From: Felis catus
Lineage: Eukaryota
Assembly (NCBI RefSeq): GCF_018350175.1
Contig: NC_058368.1
Span: 113,276,001-113,340,000, forward strand
Length of the DNA stretch: 64,000 nucleotides
Direction of reading: 5' to 3'
The notes beneath the pieces were generated by a model. It was not told the origin of the DNA, searched no databases, and saw nothing but the letters and a program-made list of their open reading frames with translations. The translations under genes and the position numbers were made by a program. Position 1 is the first letter of the stretch. Every line of letters begins with the position of its first letter. This document shows, piece after piece, positions 49,411-59,001 of this stretch.

Positions 49411-51920
49411 ACCAGGCAGCGGGGCAGGCAGGGCGGCTACAAGGAAGGATGAAGGGGGACAGACAGACGCCCTCACACACACATCCGTGTGTACTTAGAT
49501 GAAGACATATCTATGATGCAAAAAAAGGGGCAGGGTACAAAATATTACACAGAACATAATCCTGATTTGGGATGAGTAAGGCTTATAAAGTATGTTAGTA
49601 TATGTGTACTGAAAATAATTAGAAGCGCAGGCAACAGAAAGCTAATGGAAGGGAAATCTGAGACACTTTTGCCGTATCATTTAGATTTTAAAGAAGAATA
49701 TGCATTAATTTATAAACTAAACAAGTAATGGCAAGAGAAGAGTACTGCTTGCGTGAATTTTCAAAGCCGTTAATTTGTAGCACAGACCTTCTCCGGATTC
49801 CAGTTACGACAGTGGCCCCCCTCTGCCTCAGTTGACCCTTCTCTCTCTTCGTATCTTTGGCTCGATCTCTCTCCAATCAGTTGCTGCCTAGTAGGCTTGC
49901 AAATGACCAGGAGAAGCTCTGTTTTTGCAGAGCTGAACGCACAGAAGAGTAAGAACCTGAGTTTGGAGCCAAAGTCAGCAGTTACTCAATACTCCAAGAG
50001 CCCCGACTAGAAAGTTTTTCTTCTTTGCAGTTGCCAATTCAACTCTGAAGTTTTTCTTTTTTTTCTTTTAAGGTCACGGCATTTAGAATAACAAGGCCCT
50101 AAAAATTAAATGTTGCTTTACATGTTTAATTTCTGGCTACAGTGTAGCACTAAGAAGTGAATGAAGCTGAATGGGGATGGAGAGGTTAATACAAACTGCT
50201 TTTAAATTGCAAGTTTGCAAGCCCTGGGCCTTCACCCTGTCACACAATAGGCATTAAAGAAAAATGTTCTTTCCTGGATACAAAGATAAACCTCCATTTT
50301 GCTGGGAGCCTCTGCAGCAGCAGCAGGATTCTTTTAGGATTTTTCCATTGAGACATTACAGCCAGGAAGAACTCTTTATCCCGTCTCTGTGGCACCACCT
50401 CCTGTTTGCGTTTTAATACTTTTCCCCGACTCTACTTGTGATAAGTAATGGAATTAGACAACCGTCTGTCAACCCGGGACTTTTTTCCCCGAGAATCTAG
50501 CCCTCAGGTTGAAATCACCATTTGAGAAAAGAAAATCACTGTGGACTATTTTTCTACGGTTTCAAATAGCTCAGCTGCAGGGAAGTTGTTATTTCCTCTT
50601 TAGCACGCACACCCTGCTGGAAAGACCTGTGGCACCCTTTCCTTCCCGGCCTGAACCAATCGTGCCCCTGCCCCCTGCCCCTTGCCCCGCCTCGCCCCTA
50701 CCTCCCAGCACCTGTCAGGCCAGGAAGGGATGAGGGTCCCAGCCTTCTGCAAAATGGCCGGTTGCCTGCTGACCCATATATCCCTTCTCTGAAAGCTAAC
50801 GTGTGCCAACAGAAGCAAAGAAGGAGCTGTGCTGAGAGACAGGGATGTTCTCTCTACTTCCTCCTCCGGGGAAAGAGGAGGAGAGAAGTGGGAGAGATTC
50901 TGTAAAGCGCCTTCAAGACATTGCTGGTTGTGGGAAGCACAGTGACATTCTCTGCTTGATGGCTGACACTTCGAGATGTGGGCAAGTGAGGTGAGACCCT
51001 GACGAAATTAAATCGAATTCCCACCAAACTCAGCTACAGAGCCTCCACCCTGTTGCGAGTGCAGAGTCCCTAAGGGTGTACATGTGGCGGGACACAAAGG
51101 TACTAGCCTGGGAATCAAGAGGCTCAGGCCCTGAGACAGCCCTGTCCCTACCCAATGTCTGACCTCGGGCAACTTTCTTTCTCGCATTAGGCCTCCAGGC
51201 TCCTCTCTGGTAAATGGGACCAGCCCAAGGATCACTCACTGGTGGTCCAAGTCTTTCCCTACAGAGGCAAAGCAATGTGTTAAAGCGTAAAAACGGAGAG
51301 ACTCTGGGAGAGATCTGAGGCCCCATCCCTTAGGCCTTCCCCGGGTCCTCATGGGAAACCCAAGGCACCATCAAGAACTCAAGGGTTCCATCAACGGAGT
51401 ATGGGAGAAGATAAGCGTGATCTTTTCCTGATGTTATACCCTACAATTGCAAAATTTTCACCTCACCAAGGACAGAGCCTCAAATCCCTCCTTCAGATGC
51501 AGCAAAGCTGACAAGCCCAGGTCAGGGCCACGTGTTTTGTTTCTGTGAGAAAAGGGAGCAGAGGCAGGGTGGGCACAGGCTCAGGCTGGAAACAGGAGAA
51601 AAGTTGGCTTCTAAATATATCTCAAAGACTTAACGGAAAGAGACCTCTACCATCCCCTTAGATTTTCAACCACTGTAAAGAAATCAAGAAACAAGTACCT
51701 CACATTCCTTATACCCTTCACTGAGGGTTGAAGAAAAAGCAGCAGAAATAACCCCAGAACTAGAGTTAACGTCAGATATAAGAACTGACTTCCTAACTGG
51801 GTTGGGTGCTGGGTACTAGAAAATACCAAGAGAAATTCATATCTTTCCTGGAAGACTCCTAGAAAAAGCACAGAAATCCATGCCTAACACAGTATTTCAG
51901 TTTCATCTCCTTCTCTGTAA

Positions 51921-52070
51921 TTTCTTTCTTTTCTTTTTTCTTTTCTTTTCTTTTCTGTTCTGTCCGTCCTTCCTTCCTTCCTTCCTTCCTTCCTTCCTTC
52001 CTTCCTTCCTTCCTTTCTTCCTCCTCTTCCTCCTCTTCCTCCTCCTCCTCCTCCTCCTCCTCCTGCTCCT
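51921..52070. repeat. Compound polypyrimidine microsatellite (CTTTT)n-(CCTT)n-(CCT)n
   Basis: Directly visible. Confidence 0.95.
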
Positions 52071-53286
52071 CGACAATCATTTCTCTATAATCTATGGGCT
52101 GGACTGGCATAACAGAGAGGACAGATTTTAAAAAGCTATTTATTAAGTAACTTGTCCAAGGTCACAGGGCCACTGAGAGGTGTGAGAGGAAATATTCAGA
52201 GATGTTCAAGGATGACTCCACCCTCTACAATGTCTTTAGGGGCCACATCAAGGAGAGATGCCAGAAAAAAATCAAGAGAACAAATAACCACTTGGCTTTG
52301 CCTTCCTAGAAATGCTCTTAAAATTTAAAGCTGAGACAATACAGTTCTGATTTGCAACAAGGGGGTATGTTGCAATGCAAAAGACAAAAGGCTGGGAGAA
52401 GCAGAGTGCTGTGAGATGTGCTGTAAGATTTGCCAGAAAAGGCGTCAGATTCCACCCTCACACACCTTCAACAACTCACATCCAGTGATGATCCAAGCTG
52501 GGGCTACAAGAAGCAACATTTTGGGAAGGAGAAGAAGTGGTGGAGGCAGGTGAGCCCCGAGGAAAGGTTCTACTCCCCAGTGGTCTCCCCGTCTCCAACC
52601 CAACTCTGGGTCCCAGGCAGGGAAGAGGCACTTATGAAACCACAGGCAGGCGACCAGCTCCCAGCAACAAAGAGGATCTGGGTTCTCCTACCAACTGGAA
52701 ATCCAATTTGGGGCAAGCCTGGTGAAAAGATCCGCTGCATAAAATACAAATGGCTGCCAAGCAGATCCAAGGACAGAGGGCTTGAGACAGCAGCCTCATC
52801 AATCTCTCTTGACACTAAAAGGTTATGGAAGTACATCCTCAAGTGTTCTGGGGCCCTGAAGGGGGCCAGAGAGGGGGCTGTGTGAGGACTAGTAAATCCA
52901 GAAGAGCAGGGCATAGAAGAAAGAGCACTCCGTATGACCTAATGGGCATGGTCAGCACAGGTCATACTGGGATCGCAAATGTCTCTCTTTGGATGCAAGG
53001 AGCATGCACTTCAGTTAGTTGGCTGGCCAACTAACTGGAGATGTTAACAACTCCATGCAGGTGGATGCCAGAGAAAGACAACACCAGGAGCCACTTCCCA
53101 GCAACGTAGCAGGGCTTAGGCCCTCACCCAACCCCTACTTCCTGCAACTGAGATACAACGGGGAATTAACAGAATTTATCTACAAGTGACTACATGACTG
53201 TTTTTGTTACCACAGAGAAACAAGGTTCAAAAGGGAGATGACATCAAACATAAAATGTTATCAACAACAGCCCTAATCGCCACACT

Positions 53287-53514
53287 TTTTTTTTTTTTTT
53301 AATTTTTTTTTTCAACGTTTACTTATTTTTGGGACAGAGAGAGACAGAGCATGAACGGGGGAGGGGCAGAGAGAGAGGGAGACACAGAATCGGAAACAGG
53401 CTCCAGGCTCCGAGCCATCAGCCCAGAGCCTGACGCGGGGCTCGAACGCACGGACTGCGAGATCATGACCTGGCTGAAGTCGGACGCTTAACCGACTGCG
53501 CCACCCAGGCGCCC
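53287..53514 (-). mobile_element. Young Felis-type CAN-SINE
   Basis: TSD ccctaatcgccacact on both sides. Confidence 0.97.
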
Positions 53515-54769
53515 CCCTAATCGCCACACTTTTGACACACCGCCATTTGTGAGCGTACGAAATGTTATGTCGGCAACAGGTCCAGAAACAAGACTGCTCC
53601 TGACACGGTGCAGAGCCCCAGTGCGTCTCAGGAAGCCAGAGGCTGCCACTCTCACCGCCTGCGGCTTCTGCGGGGTCAGTGTCCTTCATTTTACCTCTGA
53701 TCTCCCCTTTCCGTCCCCTCTGTCCCCTTCATCCCACCTGCTACAACCTCAGCTTCTGAGAGCCTCATGCAAAGAAATGTCAAATCAAAGGAAGAGTCGG
53801 TCTTCCCTTGCCTTTGTCCAGGTAAAATGTTATCAATTTAAATGTCTCATTACAACAAAATGACCCTGGGGGCTTATCAATGCCGTCCCTGCCCATAATA
53901 TGTCCTTATCCTCCAGGTGAACACCGATCAAATCTGTATTAAATAGGTAAGCCCTATACCCTGATAGGGGATTATACTCTCCTCCATGAGGATGTTGTTG
54001 GATATGGAATAAGTTAACTACAGCCATTCAGTCTTATCAGCAGGTAGTTTCTGCTTCCCCCTCAGGCTTATATAAAACTCCGCACTAAGACCCATCTAGA
54101 AAATGTGTCTTAAACCAAGGAGGACGGTCTCAAACCCTCACAGAAAGAACTGGACAAAGTTTGATCGATACTTCAAGTAACAGACTCATCACTGCCAGCT
54201 TCCCAGGTGATATTTCTTAGACAATTGCCAGGTAAGAGGAGAGCCAGTATTGAGTTCCAGGGCTCTTTCCAGGGCAGAGGCAGATGACTTCATAAAAGCA
54301 AACTGCTGACCCAAAAGCCAGCGGAACAAAAAATAATTACGCAGGACTAAAAGAACTGATGAAGGAAATATAATTTGGATTATTTGTCTGGGGATAGTGT
54401 TGGTATTACTTTTTATCGTCGTCATTTCTGATAGGTGTCTGAAGCCCCTTCTCATTCTTCCTGATTCATCTTTTACTATTAACCTAGTAGTTCACGCTTT
54501 TTCCAACATTTTCACTTGAAACATTTTTAAATGGCTTTCTTATTCTCACTGACCTTTCAGGATTCGTGAACAATACTCTTTTCAGAGTCTCTTTACTATT
54601 AATGGCAATGCAGTTACTCGCAAAGGTGCGGTAAGACTTTGTTCTGATTTTTACCACTACATAATCAAACAAATGCACGGTACACACAAGGCTGGACCTC
54701 GAGTGTCGTACTTGAGAATGAATCTCAATTAATCAGGTGTGACAAGCCCATCATTAAGAAATACGCACT

Positions 54770-54885
54770 GGGGTGCCTGGCTGGCTCAGTCAAGTGGGGC
54801 ATACAACTCTGATCTCAGAAACAGGGGGTTCGAGCCCCATGCCGGGCATAGAGCTCACTCAAAAAAAAAAAAGGAAAGAAAACAA
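54770..54885 (+). mobile_element. Short old-type carnivore tRNA-derived SINE
   Basis: ggggtgcctggctggctcagtc...ggttcgagccccat...agagctcactc followed by poly(A). Confidence 0.85.
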
Positions 54886-55410
54886 AGAGGTGTTGTACTT
54901 CATTTGGAGAACCCCAAAGCCTCCCCAGAAAACCAGTCTGTTACCTCATCATGGCAAATCAGGAAGCCTGTGCGGATTTGGGAGACCCTGAGGAGAGATG
55001 AATTCACCCCCTTGTACAGATATCACAGGCAAAATGGTGGAGGTGACTTTCTCGGGTTGGTTTCCTCCCTTCAGAAGAGAAGTGTAAATACAACCAGTAA
55101 ACAACCCAACTGGAATAACAGAGACTATTATAACTTTTTAAGATTATTAAGAACTCCCCAGACAGAAGTGAATTTTCTGGATTTGGCAGCTGCTTTACAC
55201 CACAGGGTTTTAGGTTCTCTGGCCACATTCCAAGGGGGTGTATGCATATGAATGAGCATTTCTTATTGCAGTTATAAAAATGAGTCAGGCCCAAACACCG
55301 TACAATCAGCTTTTGGTAATCAAGAGGAATTTACGGACGTTATTGGTGACCACAGCGCTGGTTTCCAAACTCCCTCCACGTTCCAAGCCAAACCTTCCAA
55401 AGAGCCTCTT

Positions 55411-55433
55411 TTTTTTTTTTTTAAAGTTTATTT

Positions 55434-55468
<35 letters not shown>

Positions 55469-55489
55469 CAAGTGCAGGGGAGGGGTGGG

Positions 55490-55521
<32 letters not shown>

Positions 55522-55592
55522 GAGAGAGAGAGAGAGAGAAAGAAAAGAGAGAGAGGAGAGGGAGAGAGAGGGAGAGAGAGGGAGAGAGAGAG

Positions 55593-55626
<34 letters not shown>

Positions 55627-55750
55627 ACCCCAACCAGGCTCTGCACTGTGAGTGCAGAGCCCGATGTGGGGCTTGAACTCAAAAACCATGAGATCATAAC
55701 CCGAGCTAAAATCAAGAGTTGGAGGCTTAACCAGGCACCCCTCGCCCCCA
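55411..55750 (-). mobile_element. Older CAN-SINE with greatly expanded (CT)n linker and a deletion in the tRNA head
   Basis: TSD ccaaagagcctctt / ccaaagagcatctt; head reads gggtgcctggttaag (A-box segment lost). Confidence 0.92.
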
Positions 55751-56698
55751 CCAAAGAGCATCTTAACACAATACTCCTGTGGTTGCCACCATGAACAAAT
55801 GCACATTCCAACATCTTCACCTATGTGCCCTGGAAAAGGCAATATGACCCACCAAGAGGGGAACATATAAACACACACACACCCTGATCGTCCTCTCCCA
55901 TTACCAACAGAAGATGGTTTAGAAGGGGCATCTGTGCATGCGCACTCACTCGCTCACTCGCTCACACACAGAAACGTGCAACATTTTCCATGCAACAAGA
56001 GCTACGAGGGAGAAAGCCCAGTTCCACAGAAGGCAAACGCAAACCTCCATCTCGGGCCTCATCAAGGAAGGCTCGAAAAGGGGCCACGGCCATTGGGATG
56101 GCCTGACTTTCTCCGTCACCGAAACACCCAAATAAGCCCAACCTTTCCTTCCCCTCTCGGCCACGGAAGAGAATCAGCTGCCCCTGGAGAGGTATTCTCC
56201 TTTCATGTGCCCCTGGCTCTGTGCTGCATTCCCAGCAGATCATATTAATAAAGAAGTGCCTTTTGGGGGGAAAAGACTCTCCACGGTTGTGATGTCTCTA
56301 CGGTTTCTGGTTTGAAACTTGGCCCTGAGAAGTTCAAAGGACTTAGAGATTAAAGTTCAAGGAAGACCAAGATGCACCCCAGGGCGGACCCTGTTCGAAG
56401 AGGCCAAAAGACCTGCTCTTCCCACGCCACAGCCAACTTGATCTCTCAAAGAGCCTAGTGCCTACCCTGGTCTAAGAGAATTATTTTCAAAGACTCTCAA
56501 GCTCTTCGTTTTCTTTTTAATGGTAGCTGAAGGCCGTTCAGCTCCAAGTTCCTGCACAAGCTGTAGTACTTGCCAAGTCTGTCCGCCGCGCCCCGCGTGG
56601 GCTCGAACGGCTGTGTTAAATGCCAGGTTGCTGGCATGAGGGCACAGCTGGGCCATGTAAAACTTCCTTCCACGGAAGCTCCTGCAATTCCCACTCAC

Positions 56699-56813
56699 CG
56701 TTCTTTTCTGTCTTGTGTCTAGGCGGCTCGGGCTCCGGGAGACACGGACAGGGCCCATCACAGAGGATGGTGAGGCTCTTGCCAGTGGAACAAGCATGGA
56801 ACTCCAACTTGCA
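56699..56813 (-). CDS. SPOCK1: Internal coding exon of testican-1 (SPARC/osteonectin, CWCV and Kazal-like domains proteoglycan 1); C-terminal part of the Kazal-like domain plus Pro-rich linker; equivalent to human exon 6
   Basis: Minus strand reads ctgttctgtctctcttttgcag|TGCAAGTTGGAG...GAAAAGAACG|gtgagt: canonical acceptor and donor, 115 nt, phase 0 to phase 1. Translation CKLEFHACSTGKSLTILCDGPCPCLPEPEPPRHKTEKN closely matches human SPOCK1 as recalled (CKLEFHACSTGKSLATLCDGPCPCLPEPEPPKHKAERS). Confidence 0.96.
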
Positions 56814-56853
56814 CTGCAAAAGAGAGACAGAACAGGCTTTAAGAATGCAGCCA

Positions 56854-57065
56854 GGGGCGCCTGAGTGGCTCAGTCGGTTAAAGCTCCTGACTCTTGATCT
56901 CGGTGCAGGTCGCGATCTCGCGGTTCGTGGGATCGCGCCGCGAGTCGGGCTCTGCGTTGACAGCACAGAGTCTGCTTAGGGTTCTTTCTCTCCCAATCCC
57001 AATCTCACTCTGCCCCTCTCCCGCTCTCCCTCTCAAAATAAATAAACATAAAAAAAAAAAAAAAA
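56854..57065 (+). mobile_element. CAN-SINE antisense to SPOCK1, 40 bp upstream of the exon start
   Basis: ggggcgcctgagtggctcagtcggtt head; A tail; near-TSD aagaatgcag / aagaacgcag. Confidence 0.95.
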
Positions 57066-58712
57066 AGAACGCAGAGCACTACTTGGCTTCCCTAGGAAAC
57101 AGCCAGTACCTCTCCAACTGGTTAGGCTCACAGGGAATAAAGAGAACGAAGGCGTCCATCTCAGGTAAAGGTTCACAGCGTACAATGCTAAATAAGAAAT
57201 GGCCTTTTATGTCTTTCCAAATGCGTAGGGTAATATCCAAAATCACCACAGAGCACTGGAGGGCTTACTTTACTCATGGTAAATGCAAATTTAACGGCTA
57301 ACATAATAAAAGTATTCATCCGAAATGACATCTTGGCATCCCAAGGGTCCACAAAGACTCGCCCCCTCAGCAGAACGCCACCTCCCCAGGCTTTCTGACT
57401 CCTACCTAGGGTGCCTCTGCCCCAGTGCAGCACTCCTAGGCCCTCTCAGCTGCTCACATGCTCTTCCTAGGTAGGAAGGCAGAGTAACCATCTAGTGAGC
57501 ACATAGGCATGGTGTATGTGAGGCCCAGCCTCTTCCTGTCTGGAGCAAGCGAGGAGTGAATGCTTTCACTTCCACCATCCCAAACCTGAGTTTCACACAC
57601 TCTTTCCCCCAGAGGATGCCTGTGGTTGCCTCTAGCCTGGGACTGAGTGGAGGCACCCGCTTAATTCTCAGGTTCAGTGTTAAAGCCCAAAGGCCCAATC
57701 TCCTCTTGTCAACCCTTGGTCACCAACGGTGGCAGTATTTTGGCCACTTTCGGCCAGTTTCGCTCTTTCTTCCACTCTTATTCTCAAGTCTCAACTGATT
57801 CAGAGCACAAGCAAGAAAGGACGTTTGCAGGTGCAAGAGAGCACAACAATTTAATAGCATTTTTAGCAACCTGACATTAAGGAATAAGCAACCGACTCAG
57901 AGAGGTTAAATAACACGTAAAGGTTCACGAAAGCCATAAAGGGAGGATTCAAAGCTGTGTCTGACTACAGGGCTAGATATTTGCTGGTCCCACAGCAGTG
58001 TTTCTGCCATAGGAATGGGCTTCTGAGAGCAGACAGGCTGTACTGTTACTCCATGTCGCTACCGGCCTCGGTCTCAGTTGTCTGACCATCATTCCTTTTC
58101 CACCCGTAAAATTCTCAGGATCAAGACCTGTGTGTAATCAGCCTTGTGCAAAGGCCTATGGGCCTAGAACCGTGTTTCCATCCAGGGGAGGCTCAAAGGA
58201 AGAGGAGACTGGCCAAGTTTACTGAGCACCCAACTTTGTGTACAGTTCTTACCAGGGGCCACAGGGAAGCTTTTAAAAGAATGAAAAGAGGGAAAACACA
58301 AATGCAAACTTGTGACCAGGCCACTGGCTTTTGCAAAGCAGCACATGTGAGTTCAGATGAACACTGGCTCGTGGTGAGGGCGGAGCTACTCGGTCGCCAT
58401 ATGGATTGCAGACTTAGGGCCAGAGTGCTTCCAACCTGGTCCTGATTGCACTGGAGTCACTCGGTGCAACTCCAACTGTCACCCACACAGCGGCTACCTG
58501 TGTGGAGAGAGAGAAACAGACAAGCCGACAGGGAGATGACTTCCGCTCAATGCAACTGCCTTTTGTACAGATTTGTTAGGCGTCCAGGACGTGCCCAGTG
58601 TGGTAGCAGCAGGGGTGGGGACGGTATGAAAGGGGGCCATGGCCCAGACCTCCAACTTCAACAGACTTAACGAGAAGGCAAAAGAGAGCACGTCCTTCTA
58701 AAGCCATGTGGC

Positions 58713-59001
58713 CAGATATATATGTTTTCACTCATATGTGGACCTTGAGAAACTTAACAGAAGACCATGGGGGAGAGGAAGGGGGAAAAAAGTTACAAAC
58801 GGAGAGTGAGGGAGGCAAACCATAAGAGACTCTTAAAAACTGAGAATAAACTGAGGGTTGATGGGGGGTGCGAGGGAGGGGAAAGTGGGTGATGGGCATG
58901 GAGGAGGGCACTTGTTGGGATGAGCACTGGGTGTTGTATGGAAGCCAATTTGACAATAAATTATATTAAAATAAAATAAAATAAAATAAAATAAAATAAA
59001 A
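58713..59001 (+). mobile_element. 5'-truncated felid/carnivore L1 3' end
   Basis: Same 3'UTR type as 23243-23602; (TAAAA)n tail; perfect TSD taaagccatgtggc (58699-58712 / 59002-59015). Confidence 0.95.

Larger units (their letters stand above)
1..56698 (-). other. SPOCK1: SPOCK1 intron downstream of the exon (partial; next exon not seen in window)
   Basis: Begins at the GTGAGT donor (56698-56693). The expected next-exon peptide (ACTDKELRNLASRLKDWF..., from recall) was not found by eye or in the ORF track. SPOCK1 is known to have very large introns. Confidence 0.8.

Noticed and set aside
51859..52131. Poly-Glu/Lys ORF
   Set aside because: Translation of the compound microsatellite.
54770..54885. 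Possible tRNA gene (A/B boxes), also at 32554
   Set aside because: tRNA-derived SINE head followed by a SINE tail; no intact cloverleaf or acceptor stem.
55252..55878. Long ER-rich and SL-rich ORFs (up to 180 aa)
   Set aside because: Products of the (GA)n expansion within a SINE.
56616..56966. The full 116-aa ORF as a stand-alone gene
   Set aside because: Only 56699-56813 matches SPOCK1 and is bounded by splice sites. The rest is intron and SINE read-through.
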